DNA of 52,197 bases from IMG/VR virus record IMGVR_UViG_3300028025_003950, positions 1 through 52,197 of that record. The stretch is one strand, 5' to 3'. The translations under genes were made by a program, and so were the position numbers. Below, one piece after another: positions 1 through 9,279 of this stretch. The notes under the pieces are model-generated. The model had not been told where the DNA came from. It saw only the letters and a program-made list of their open reading frames with translations, and searched no databases. The DNA comes from a virus (Duplodnaviria > Caudoviricetes). How positions within the stretch are numbered: the stretch's first letter is position 1; each line of letters begins with the position of its first letter.

Positions 1-203
1 GTAGGGGTTTGGGGCTTTCAATAAATGAAAGATAAGGGTTATTTAAGGAAAACTATATGATAGATTGAAATAACCTCCAGTTGAGTTGTGACTTGAATCA
101 CACTAAGCTGGAGGTTCATAACTGAATACAGCACCGATGAGAGAACCTCTCACTCAACACTCAACGACCGAGTACTAACTACCAAGGAAAGGTAGGTCGC
201 CAA

Positions 204-998
204 ATGGAAAGAAAAAGGTTCATTGCAATTAGTGCAATCGCACTAGTAATGACGGGCTCCACAGCAGCATATGGAGCTTTAACAGAAACTGGTGTATTTG
301 CAGCAAGCACCGAAGAAGTATCAGTACGAGTAGTAACAAAGCCAGCCGAGATAATCAACTCTCCTGTACAAAAGGAAGTTGTTTTCTCTGGGCCTGTAAC
401 AGCACCAGAATTAGCCGTAGGACCTGTCCTCAAGTCAGACGAGCCCATAGTTGGGTCTTATGACTGGATGGCTAAGGAAAAAGCTGCTAAAGACCAGCTC
501 AGGCTTGAGGCTGCAAAAACACAGTCTGCCCTTGAAGCAGAGGCTGCCAGGGTGCAGGCTGAACTAGAAGCAGAAATTGCACATCTAGAAAAAGTTGCTT
601 CCAACACCAAAACCCTTAATGAGACTCTTGTCTTGGTCAAAAACCAGATAGGTAAGACTCCTTGGGTTTTTAGTGGCTCCACGACTAGCGCTTGGGATTG
701 CTCAGGTCTTGTTCGCTGGACATACGCTCGCTTAGGTATTGACCTGCGCCATAGTGCTTCGTCACAAAGGGTTGCTGGCGAGTTTGTCACTAAACCTAAG
801 ATTGGAGACCTTGTGTCTTTCAATTACAGAAGCTATGGAAGTGCCTATCACATTGGAATCTACATAGGCCCAGACCAGATGATTCATGCTGGTGGTAAGC
901 CAGGAGACAGAACAGAAATACGTTCTATCAGTGGATGGGCTAAAGACAACGGAAACAGCGAGATTACATATACTCGTATTGTTGAAACAAACAACTAA
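204..998 (+). CDS. Secreted NlpC/P60 (C40) peptidoglycan endopeptidase with coiled-coil stalk
   Basis: N-terminal signal peptide; GKTPWVFSG..WDCSGLV..HIGIYIG..MIHA catalytic Cys-His-His pattern. Confidence 0.9.
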   Translation: MERKRFIAISAIALVMTGSTAAYGALTETGVFAASTEEVSVRVVTKPAEIINSPVQKEVVFSGPVTAPELAVGPVLKSDEPIVGSYDWMAKEKAAKDQLRLEAAKTQSALEAEAARVQAELEAEIAHLEKVASNTKTLNETLVLVKNQIGKTPWVFSGSTTSAWDCSGLVRWTYARLGIDLRHSASSQRVAGEFVTKPKIGDLVSFNYRSYGSAYHIGIYIGPDQMIHAGGKPGDRTEIRSISGWAKDNGNSEITYTRIVETNN

Positions 999-1013
999 AG
1001 AAGGAAAGACATA

Positions 1014-1271
1014 ATGAAAAACGTATACAAGAGCATTGTCGTCGCTGTGGTTTTTGGGAATGCTATTGCGTTCCCAGTGGTGGCGTACACCTTCCCTTGG
1101 AGCACCTACCTGATTGACCCAACTCCTTACTACATAGTGCAGTCCATATCTCTTGGGCTTCTTATTGCATTCTGTATCTTTGTGTATGAGTGGGCTAGGT
1201 ATGCAGAAAAGCCAAAGTTCTTGACATTTGAAAAGTCAAAACTTAAGGGACTAAAACCTCCAACAAACTAG
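1014..1271 (+). CDS. Two-TM membrane protein
   Basis: Two hydrophobic segments, AAGGA RBS, followed by terminator. Confidence 0.6.
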   Translation: MKNVYKSIVVAVVFGNAIAFPVVAYTFPWSTYLIDPTPYYIVQSISLGLLIAFCIFVYEWARYAEKPKFLTFEKSKLKGLKPPTN

Positions 1272-1278
1272 TCAAAAT

Positions 1279-1313
1279 GAGACCCGCTTCGAAAGAGGCG
1301 GGTTTCGTTTTTT
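1279..1313 (+). terminator. Intrinsic terminator
   Basis: GAGACCCGCTTC-GAAA-GAGGCGGGTTTC stem-loop plus T run. Confidence 0.85.
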
Positions 1314-1342
1314 CCGACTCCCTTTCCGCTATTATTAGAAGC

Positions 1343-1759
1343 ATGAGCGAACTAGGAGAGCATGCCCGCCACGAGTTGGAGTTGGTTGGGGAAGAACCAG
1401 AAGTTATTGACTGGTATGTAAAAGTTGTTGAGACCTTTGCTGAGTTTGGTCACTCTGGTGCAAGTGCTGAGTACACGACCCGTGTGCTTGAGCAACTACT
1501 TCGTTTTAAAAACTTGACCCCACTTACAGACAACCCTGAAGAGTGGATGGATATCTCAAGCTATACAGAGCAGGGAACTCCGCTATGGCAGAGCCTGCGT
1601 AACTCTGGGGCATTCTCTTCTAATGGTGGGAAGACGTATCACCTAATGGGAGAAGAAGAATACATCGAGCATAAGACAATGCCGAACCCTAAAGAGATGT
1701 TTCAGATTCCAAAGGGAAAAATTCCTATGGACAGACTTCCTAAGAAGAAGAAGAAGTAG
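1343..1759 (+). CDS. Conserved phage hypothetical protein (leaderless start)
   Basis: HARHELEL..GHSG.SA..L.PLTDNPEEW motif seen in phage proteins; TATTAT-7nt-ATG. Confidence 0.65.
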   Translation: MSELGEHARHELELVGEEPEVIDWYVKVVETFAEFGHSGASAEYTTRVLEQLLRFKNLTPLTDNPEEWMDISSYTEQGTPLWQSLRNSGAFSSNGGKTYHLMGEEEYIEHKTMPNPKEMFQIPKGKIPMDRLPKKKKK

Positions 1760-2150
1760 CTCGCTTAGCCCTTAGAGCATCAAAGTCTTTGACCTTAGTC
1801 TCGCCCATGTAACCCCAAGCGTAACCACCAGCGATAAGTGCTTCGTTGACGGAAGTCTCTGCTCCATCGAGGTAGAGCCAGCCAAGAATACGACCATACT
1901 TCTCTGAGGAGTCTGGCTTCTCTGTCTTAATAACAATTGTCTTAGCACTGGAGATTAGCTCACCAAGCTTTTTCTTGACTTCAAGACCTAGCGCCTTTTC
2001 CATCTTGTCAGTAGTGCGAGACTCTGGAGTATCGATACCTGCAAGGCGTACTCGCTGTGAGTAAGAGATGTTAAAGCCTAAGTCAATGTCGACATCAATG
2101 GTGTCACCATCAACAACTCTGGTTACTTTCTTAACGTAGTAAGTAAACAT
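1740..2150 (-). CDS. Thermonuclease (SNase-like) family nuclease
   Basis: RVVDGDTI..RVRLAGIDTPE..KYGRILG motifs. Confidence 0.9.
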   Translation of the reverse strand: MFTYYVKKVTRVVDGDTIDVDIDLGFNISYSQRVRLAGIDTPESRTTDKMEKALGLEVKKKLGELISSAKTIVIKTEKPDSSEKYGRILGWLYLDGAETSVNEALIAGGYAWGYMGETKVKDFDALRAKRATSSSS

Positions 2151-2425
2151 TACTTCTCTTCTTCCTCTTTAGCTACGCCAGCAGCCGAGGTGCCATTGAG
2201 CATAAAGCCTGAGATAACGCCAACAAGGAATGAAACAGTGGTGGAAAGCAAACCAAAGAATGCCTTGTCGTTCTCGGACTGAACCTCACCAAGAGGCTGA
2301 GTCACAAAAGTCACCGCGTAAATGATTGCCATTGTTGAGCCAAAAACTGTAAGAGCTAGCAAGATGCCAACAATAAAGCGAAGTCGAGAGTTGAGCTCGT
2401 CTGTGGTGTAGCGCTTTCTACTCAT
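2150..2425 (-). CDS. Two-TM membrane protein (holin-like)
   Basis: Two TM helices; overlaps both neighbouring genes. Confidence 0.6.
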   Translation of the reverse strand: MSRKRYTTDELNSRLRFIVGILLALTVFGSTMAIIYAVTFVTQPLGEVQSENDKAFFGLLSTTVSFLVGVISGFMLNGTSAAGVAKEEEEK

Positions 2426-2669
2426 TCTCGGTGACCTCTTCGGTAGTTGGGGCATTTTCATATTCTGAATCTTCATCGAAAAGTGGGGTTCCCTTCATTA
2501 CATCTTTGGTACAAACACCAAAGGCTTCGCAGTTAGGTGGTTGACAGTCTGGAGATTCCCAATTTGCTGGGTCTTGGCATGGGTAGCGGTAGACATCTTC
2601 AAATGTGTACTTACCGCAACCTGTCAAAGCAAGACAAAGTACGGCGGCAGCAATGACCTTACGAAACAT
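2418..2669 (-). CDS. Small Cys-rich lipoprotein
   Basis: Lipobox LTG-C; YRYPCQDP..C..P.C....C pattern. Confidence 0.7.
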   Translation of the reverse strand: MFRKVIAAAVLCLALTGCGKYTFEDVYRYPCQDPANWESPDCQPPNCEAFGVCTKDVMKGTPLFDEDSEYENAPTTEEVTENE

Positions 2670-2803
2670 AAATCCTCCAGAGCCTGTGTCCAATAGGCAG
2701 TTCTAGTATGACAGGAATTGCAAACCTTGATTTTTCGGACTCCCGTTCCGTTAAAAGAAAAACCCCCCGCATCCGAAGATGAGAGGGGTTTTAGGGGAAG
2801 GGG

Positions 2804-3862
2804 TTAGACTCCCCAAGTTCCAGCGTCCCAAGCGACACGCTTCCAGATGTGGGTAGTTCCGTTATAGGTTCCAGTGCAGTAATAGTGGTAGTTTGCATCG
2901 TCTGCAACAAGACCCACTTTATCTCCTGCTTGACCGAGAGAAGAAGTTGGCACTGCAGCAGCAATGTATGGCATAGCTCCAACTGTTACAACCTTGTTCG
3001 CTGGGAATTCGGTTCCAACATACACATGGTCTGCTGCTGGCTGAAGGAAGATTTTTCCGCCAGTGCCTGGGCTTAGGTAGATGTTGTGGTCGTTACCACT
3101 AGTGATATTAACGTTATCGTTTGACTGAAGATACAAATCACCTTGATAATTACCAATACCTGAAGTAAGCACAGTACCCATTCCTGGGCCAGATATATAA
3201 CCGTCGTTGGTAAATGTCCAAGTATTGTTATATGTTTCCTCGAAATAAAATGTGTATTCAGCGCCTTGTCCAAAGGTTAGCCCAGTTGCAGTAATAGTTA
3301 CGAAACCTTCACTAGGGGTACTTGCTGAAAATCCTGTTACGGTGTATTCAATACCTGCATTAAGAACTTTCCAGCCAATATCAACTAGTACGCCACCTTC
3401 TGGAACAGCTGTTACAAACTGTGGGCCATCTTCTGTCTGTAGATTTACAAGACTTTGAGTAGTTGCTGGTGGTCTTGTAGTGATGTAGACAGCCCTTGAT
3501 TCATCAGATATTACGACAGCGTTTCTTTCCGCACCAAGATAAAGAGTTGCATTAGACTCATCTTGCGTACCACCAGCACGAATGTGGATGTGGTCAGGCA
3601 GAGTTGGCTCGATGACTAGGTACTGGTCTGTATTAAGTTCTTGATTTGGAATGAGCTTGATTGTGTTAAGACCGCTTTCGTCTGCACTGTCTCCGTTAGC
3701 ACCATAGAGAACACCAGGGCCTACTACTGACTTAGCCTCGCGGTCGTTATCGTGCCGAGTGAGAACGCCATCATTATCATAGTAATAGATATTTGGCTCA
3801 CGCTTGTCAGAGGAGTCTCTACCTTCTACTTGACTAACTATAATCTTATTTATTCTTGCCAT
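2804..3862 (-). CDS. Tail fibre/virion-associated protein
   Basis: Beta-rich, G/T/S/N-rich; C-terminal P.SS.G..GD..G.VA.D.NY.YYC..WKRV motif typical of phage fibres. Confidence 0.65.
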   Translation of the reverse strand: MARINKIIVSQVEGRDSSDKREPNIYYYDNDGVLTRHDNDREAKSVVGPGVLYGANGDSADESGLNTIKLIPNQELNTDQYLVIEPTLPDHIHIRAGGTQDESNATLYLGAERNAVVISDESRAVYITTRPPATTQSLVNLQTEDGPQFVTAVPEGGVLVDIGWKVLNAGIEYTVTGFSASTPSEGFVTITATGLTFGQGAEYTFYFEETYNNTWTFTNDGYISGPGMGTVLTSGIGNYQGDLYLQSNDNVNITSGNDHNIYLSPGTGGKIFLQPAADHVYVGTEFPANKVVTVGAMPYIAAAVPTSSLGQAGDKVGLVADDANYHYYCTGTYNGTTHIWKRVAWDAGTWGV

Positions 3863-3872
3863 TTTCTATCTC

Positions 3873-5954
3873 CTAGTCGTCGTAGAACTCTGTTGCGTAA
3901 TACATTTGGGCTGTCCACTGTATCTTGTGAGTAACTGATTCACCATCAATTCTGTATAGAGAGAGCTGTTTTTCGTTGTTACTACTTCTATCCCAGAAAA
4001 CGGCAGTTCCAGTATCGCTTCCACCACTAGAGGTTTCTATGTGGGTAACGTTGTCGTCGCCAGAATCATCTGCTATGTAGATAGTTCCAATGACGGTTCC
4101 GCCGTCACTTACATAAGCGTGGTATTCAATCTTTGCTCCACGAAAGTTTCCGTTTGAGAAATCTTCATTTGTTGGGTTTTCATTATCTGCATTCCACCAA
4201 ACAATTGGTGCACCACCATGTTCAATGGTCATACTATAGGTAGTGGCGTCAAGAAGGTCAAGAGTTAGGTCGCATCCAAATCTCCACTCGTAACCACCTT
4301 CAGTAGTTCCTATATAAGTAGGGTTTCTTAAAAACCTTACAGTGCCAGATTCATCAGTTATGGTGATTCGTCTTATGTAAGGGTTTTGTCCATTAAGTAC
4401 GTTGTGTTGTGCTGCGCCTACACTAAAATTAACAAGGGTGTCGTTTGAAGCCCCTCCCAGTGTGTAAACATTATCACCTAAACCTGTGGACGCTTCAGTT
4501 GTTATTTCTGTAAAGCCATGTGCTTGGTAAGTTCCATACCGTGCTTCGTTATTAGCGGTGTATGTTTTTACAGCGTCTGGGATATCGCCAATGGTTGCAA
4601 CTCGGTTAGTTGCATCTGGGCTGATTGTTGCATCGCCCCAGCCGATGTAGACATTTCCTGGACCGCTATCTCCAGCAATCAGGGTGATATCTCTTGCAGA
4701 ACGAAGTGATAGGTCGTCCTGTGGAGTGCCAATACGAGCAGTGCCTGTAGAAGTTCTTGTGAAGGTGATGAAGTCATCTCCACTGCCATCCTTGATGGCT
4801 GTTGGGACAACGAGGTTTGCGGAACCTCCTCCAATTATTGTGGAGTCTCCATTCTTAAGACCGCTGTACTCGTCAATCACATTATCGGAGGTAACGATAC
4901 TTAGATTAGACATGTAGGTTCTTACACTTGGATTGTTCTGGTCTGCTGCAAAACCAATTCGGTAAGGACCAGAAGGTAGAGCCTCGTTGAGGCTAACTGA
5001 CGCAATAACCTCGTTAGAGCCTTCTTCCGTGTAGGAGACAGTTACCTTGTCAGTAGATGCTGTTGGGTTGTATGTAAAGGTAACGGTATAGATTCCGTTG
5101 CCTGGTAAACCCCCTTCAGCAGTTGCTGAAGTGGTGCGACCACTAAGTTCTAGGTTGACGCAATCAAACTGAGCAGCGATTCTTGTTGTGTCTGGGCTAT
5201 AGTTCCACACTGGGGTGGTTCCTGCGTTATAGATAGCAATGCCCATGTCAGCGCACTCGGAGTTGATGTCGACATCAAAGCTTACTGTGACACCTACATT
5301 TTGTGGAATAATGGAGTTTGTAAAGATTGGATAGGAACTTCCGCCCTCTGCAGCTCCTGTAAACCAAATACCATCAGAGTCCCAACCAAAGTGTGTGTTT
5401 AGGTATTGAAGATGACCACGCTGCTCTTCCCATGTTAGGAAGGGCTCAAGTGGGTCAAGGCTTTGACCAGCACTAATTTGCATGCTTCCGTCTGGGAAGG
5501 TAATTCTTCCGTTTTTATCAAAGACCCAGTCTCTTCTGCTTCCATAGAGTGGACCGCTGCCAGTTCCGTCTCCTCTGTAACTATTAGTCTGAATAGTTAC
5601 CTCATCGGCCGCGTAGATACCAATCTCATCTCCGTAGGCACGAATCCAAACATCGTCGGCTGCTTCGATGTTGATGTCGCAGTCTGAAGTGACAGGGTCA
5701 TTGTCACGAACAGCTTGAATAGTCATGTCGTGGTCGGTGACAGTCATAACGCTGCCCTCTTCACTGTCATAAGCAAAGACAAAGTCAGCAATGCTTGCGC
5801 TCTGGAACTGCAACGCATTCCATCTGCTTGTGCCATCACCAATCTTGAACTTGCCTAGTGTGGTGTCAACACCAATCTCTGCTTGGGCAAGAACTGGATT
5901 TGCATACTCCCAGCCAGCTGTTGTGTCGTTTCTTAATTGAATTTGCTGAGCCAT
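3873..5954 (-). CDS. Tail fibre/receptor-binding protein with Mtd_N/hyaluronidase-like N-terminus
   Basis: IQLRNDT...W...NPVL...EIG.DT..GKFKIGDG...W..L N-terminal anchor domain. Confidence 0.8.
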   Translation of the reverse strand: MAQQIQLRNDTTAGWEYANPVLAQAEIGVDTTLGKFKIGDGTSRWNALQFQSASIADFVFAYDSEEGSVMTVTDHDMTIQAVRDNDPVTSDCDINIEAADDVWIRAYGDEIGIYAADEVTIQTNSYRGDGTGSGPLYGSRRDWVFDKNGRITFPDGSMQISAGQSLDPLEPFLTWEEQRGHLQYLNTHFGWDSDGIWFTGAAEGGSSYPIFTNSIIPQNVGVTVSFDVDINSECADMGIAIYNAGTTPVWNYSPDTTRIAAQFDCVNLELSGRTTSATAEGGLPGNGIYTVTFTYNPTASTDKVTVSYTEEGSNEVIASVSLNEALPSGPYRIGFAADQNNPSVRTYMSNLSIVTSDNVIDEYSGLKNGDSTIIGGGSANLVVPTAIKDGSGDDFITFTRTSTGTARIGTPQDDLSLRSARDITLIAGDSGPGNVYIGWGDATISPDATNRVATIGDIPDAVKTYTANNEARYGTYQAHGFTEITTEASTGLGDNVYTLGGASNDTLVNFSVGAAQHNVLNGQNPYIRRITITDESGTVRFLRNPTYIGTTEGGYEWRFGCDLTLDLLDATTYSMTIEHGGAPIVWWNADNENPTNEDFSNGNFRGAKIEYHAYVSDGGTVIGTIYIADDSGDDNVTHIETSSGGSDTGTAVFWDRSSNNEKQLSLYRIDGESVTHKIQWTAQMYYATEFYDD

Positions 5955-6154
5955 TAGAAGCTACCTGCCGTTCCACCGTTGATTGATTGGGTTTGTGCGT
6001 AAATGCTACTTGCACTTCCGCCGTCTATGTTTCCTTCACTTAGACCACCTGCGGGACCTACTGGACCCTGAGGACCTTGCGGGCCCTGTTGATTTGATAC
6101 AACTACTTCAATAGAAGCGTTGTCGTTGACATAAACAAAACTATTGTCGGGCAT
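5954..6154 (-). CDS. Short collagen-repeat fibre accessory protein
   Basis: GPQGPQGPVGPAG and IDGG motifs; TAATG coupling. Confidence 0.6.
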   Translation of the reverse strand: MPDNSFVYVNDNASIEVVVSNQQGPQGPQGPVGPAGGLSEGNIDGGSASSIYAQTQSINGGTAGSF

Positions 6155-6507
6155 TACTTGGTTACCTCCGCTGATACGTCGAGTCTTCCTTGAACTAGTC
6201 TTTGAACGTAGTCATCAGTTGCAAGCTCTAGGTCATAGACATGACTTCCTGCTGGAAGCCTGGATGTGCTTAGTGCATTCATGCTTATGGTTATGGAGCC
6301 GTTTGGAGCATCTATAACAAGCCCGCCATTAGTAGAAGTGAGGTTGTCAAGCAACTTGGCTGGTTTTGCGTTTACTGGAAGTGTCCGTATTTGCATCCGA
6401 GCTGTATACCCTCTGAGGTCTACTGGCTCGCCGTCAATCTGCCATGTCAGGGTACGAGAAAACGTACTGCCTTGTAAAACAAGCAGATTAAGAACTCCAG
6501 CACGCAT
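6154..6507 (-). CDS. Fibre adaptor/baseplate upper (BppU-like) protein
   Basis: QGSTF..L.W..DL.GYTARMQIR..VYDLE..RL.QG pattern typical of genes preceding fibres. Confidence 0.65.
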   Translation of the reverse strand: MRAGVLNLLVLQGSTFSRTLTWQIDGEPVDLRGYTARMQIRTLPVNAKPAKLLDNLTSTNGGLVIDAPNGSITISMNALSTSRLPAGSHVYDLELATDDYVQRLVQGRLDVSAEVTK

Positions 6508-6844
6508 GGGTTACTCTCCAATGTAGGGTCTATTTATTATCTCCTACTTTGTAAAGTTCTATTTTCCAGACTCTCGTTCCGTTATGATACGGAGAAGGCG
6601 AAAGGAGGGGTAATGGAGCTATTGTTGATTGGTTTAGGGTGTGGGTTTGTAATTGGCTATGCATTCGGGCTGGGAATCCATAAACTAGATATGTGGGAAC
6701 GTACTCGTTCTAAGTTAGAGGATTAATGTCTTTATTCGGTTGGTGCAGTACTGGGCATCATAACAGTTGCATAGTTCAATTCGGTAGCGCTGAGAGTCAG
6801 CACAATTGCTCCTGTAAATGCCATAGTGAGGGTAAACTAGAAGA

Positions 6845-7558
6845 ATGATTTATGAGTGGAAGCTAGACGGAGAAGTCCGTAACTTTGGCGACGCTCTACC
6901 AGAAGTCCTTTACCCCACTGCAATGCTTGAAGAGTTATACGCAGACCCTGAGAATATGTACTTCCTTATCGGGTCAGTCATCTGCAATGAAATCATAGAT
7001 GAGACGCTTCGAGCTGGTTACACCCCAATCTTTATAAACTGCGGATGGCGGGGGGAAGAGTTAGATGATGACCTCCTTGCTCAATGTGAGTTTAGAGGCG
7101 CTAGAGGCCCTCACACGCAGGCGGAACTAGCAAAGCATGGCATTGATGTTGATGTAACCCATGACCCTGCCTACGAGCTTCCTAACCTTTTTGTAAGAGG
7201 TGCTCCTAATGGTCTGGCTATAGTGGTTAGACATATCAAAGACACTGCCGACTATGACCAAAACTCGATACATGAGCTAAAAGCTGACGCACTTTTTAGT
7301 CCTGTAGTTGAAGACTACAATGACATTATTGACTTCATTAATAAGCTATCTGGAGCCAGATTTGTTCTTGGTGGCTCTATGCATGCTTGCATGGTTGCAC
7401 ACGCTTACGGAGTGCCGTTTGCCCCGTTACTAAGCGACGTTGTGGACTGTCCGCCTAAGTGGTTTGACTGGTATGCAGCAGAAGGATTGGGTAATCCTAT
7501 CTTTGTAAATAACATTGTCGAAGGTCGCCAATGGTACAACTCTTTACCTAAAAAGTAG
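6845..7558 (+). CDS. Polysaccharide pyruvyl transferase family protein
   Basis: NFGD, RGP.T, HDPA, SMH..M.AHAYGVP motifs. Confidence 0.75.
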   Translation: MIYEWKLDGEVRNFGDALPEVLYPTAMLEELYADPENMYFLIGSVICNEIIDETLRAGYTPIFINCGWRGEELDDDLLAQCEFRGARGPHTQAELAKHGIDVDVTHDPAYELPNLFVRGAPNGLAIVVRHIKDTADYDQNSIHELKADALFSPVVEDYNDIIDFINKLSGARFVLGGSMHACMVAHAYGVPFAPLLSDVVDCPPKWFDWYAAEGLGNPIFVNNIVEGRQWYNSLPKK

Positions 7559-7592
7559 ATTCTTCGGACTCCCCTTCCGTTATCATTAGAAC

Positions 7593-7838
7593 ATGAGCGA
7601 GCAACTTCAGGAAACCGTTATCTGGGAAGGTAGCGTTGATAAGGGTAGGTTTACGGCAAAGGTCGTGTCTATCCCTAACAACTCATTCCGTGGGATTTTG
7701 AAGATTGTTGACCTAGATGATGTTGAAAGATATCAGGCTGAAGTTGGCGTTTCGTATGACGCCCCGTTTGGTGCAGCAATAAAAGATGTTCGTGAGTGGC
7801 ACAAACTGATTACAAATTGGATTGCTAACCAGTCTTAA
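7593..7838 (+). CDS. Hypothetical phage protein (leaderless)
   Basis: TATCAT-6nt-ATG; clean ORF. Confidence 0.6.
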   Translation: MSEQLQETVIWEGSVDKGRFTAKVVSIPNNSFRGILKIVDLDDVERYQAEVGVSYDAPFGAAIKDVREWHKLITNWIANQS

Positions 7839-8095
7839 ACAGTCCTGTTGTTTGGATAGTTGTTTGCATCATCTGCAATTAACTGGTCATAAATCTGACC
7901 TGGAACTGTGTCACCCTTGCGCTCGTGTGCTTTGAGGTGGTCAAGCATTTCTTGAGTGCTTTCTGCTCTAAAGAATGCTTCAAGCATGTCCCCGAAGGAA
8001 CATAGCGAGCACTGGACAGGTCCAGTCTCGGTGCGAAAGACGTAAACGTCGTACTCTGGGATGCGTGCGTAAATCATTTTTCTACCGCTTTCCAT
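7835..8095 (-). CDS. Hypothetical C2H2-like Zn-binding protein
   Basis: CSLC...HLKAH. Confidence 0.55.
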   Translation of the reverse strand: MESGRKMIYARIPEYDVYVFRTETGPVQCSLCSFGDMLEAFFRAESTQEMLDHLKAHERKGDTVPGQIYDQLIADDANNYPNNRTV

Positions 8096-8289
8096 AACTT
8101 ATAGGTTGGCATAAATGGATTGTCTTCATTACTTCCTTGATATACCTGACCTGTCTCTGTATCTATTAGTAAATACTTCTCTGGGCATTTTGTTATCACA
8201 GAGAGCTTTACAGCGTATTGTAAATCCTCAGCTTCACCGCTATCCCAACTGATAGGGGTGGTACTGGCTTTTGTCTTACGAACCCGCAT
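8074..8289 (-). CDS. Hypothetical phage protein
   Basis: TKCPEKY.L.D.ETGQVY.G motif; leaderless -10. Confidence 0.55.
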   Translation of the reverse strand: MRVRKTKASTTPISWDSGEAEDLQYAVKLSVITKCPEKYLLIDTETGQVYQGSNEDNPFMPTYKLWKAVEK

Positions 8290-8336
8290 AAGATGAGACT
8301 ATAGCAAAATACTAAAGTTTATGGAAGGATGGCTCT

Positions 8337-8678
8337 ATGAGAGAATTTATGAAGTTTGAGATTAGAGACCCTGAGTGGGCTCAAGACTTGCAGAATGGCC
8401 TAGAGGAGTACATGGGCAAGTTATATGAATCTGTAGACGCTGAAGAAGGAAGCCCTGAAGCTGACCCGTTTACTGAAAGTGGACTGCCGTTTTGTTCTTG
8501 CAATGTGTGCGAAAGCAGGGAAATTCTGTCCTTTATAGCCCCTCGAGTAATTAAGGGGTATATCGACGGAAAGATTGGCTACTTTGACGCTAGTGAAGAA
8601 GAAGTTGTTGAGTATCTTCTTAAAGACGGGGGTCAAGACCTTTCAGGTTTGAACCCACTACCGACTCAAGAAAATTAA
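8337..8678 (+). CDS. Hypothetical acidic protein with CxCxxC
   Basis: PFCSCNVC..RE. Confidence 0.55.
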   Translation: MREFMKFEIRDPEWAQDLQNGLEEYMGKLYESVDAEEGSPEADPFTESGLPFCSCNVCESREILSFIAPRVIKGYIDGKIGYFDASEEEVVEYLLKDGGQDLSGLNPLPTQEN

Positions 8679-8988
8679 TCTGGTCATCACTTAACTGGTC
8701 TTTAAGTTCTCTGTAGCGACTGTAGTTGTTGCTAGTGAAGCTAACTGAGTTTGAGCCATCTGCATTAAATAAAATCTCTACTACTCCCATCTGCCAAAGT
8801 TCGTTTGCCATCTGGCTAAGTTCTGCTCGATACATTTCGTAGAACTCGGGAAAAATATCTTTACAAAGTTGCGTCACTCGATAGATAGGTTCGCCCTCTT
8901 CGTTGACGCCTACCCACTCTAAGGCTCCTGATGTTGTGAGAATGGTGAAGATTTTGCTGACCTTCTCATCTTCTGAAGATGCGATTTT

Positions 8989-9243
8989 TCAGACTTCCGT
9001 TCCGTCATTATCAGGGTCATCATCCATCTCTTCGGGGTCAAGGGTGAAGGTAATTCCAGTGGAGTCATCCATGGATTCGTTGACAATCATTGCTACAAGG
9101 TAGAGGGCTGCTTTTTCACGAAAGCCTGCTCTAATGAGAGACTGATAAAGCTCATGCATCTGAACTGCATCTTGGTCCATGGGACTCATACGCATCTGGT
9201 CTTCTAATGCGTTGAAGTCTGGCTCTTCTGGCTTATCGCTCAT
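8989..9243 (-). CDS. Small acidic actinophage-type protein
   Basis: AVQMHELY.SL..AGF...AL.LV motif; leaderless -10. Confidence 0.6.
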   Translation of the reverse strand: MSDKPEEPDFNALEDQMRMSPMDQDAVQMHELYQSLIRAGFREKAALYLVAMIVNESMDDSTGITFTLDPEEMDDDPDNDGTEV

Positions 9244-9279
9244 TATTAAATCCTAACCCATTGTAATTGGTTTAAAAGG

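Noticed and set aside
3873-5954. Diversity-generating retroelement target (Mtd-like N-terminus)
   Set aside because: Only the N-terminal anchor resembles Mtd; no reverse transcriptase or TR/VR repeat pair is visible in the window
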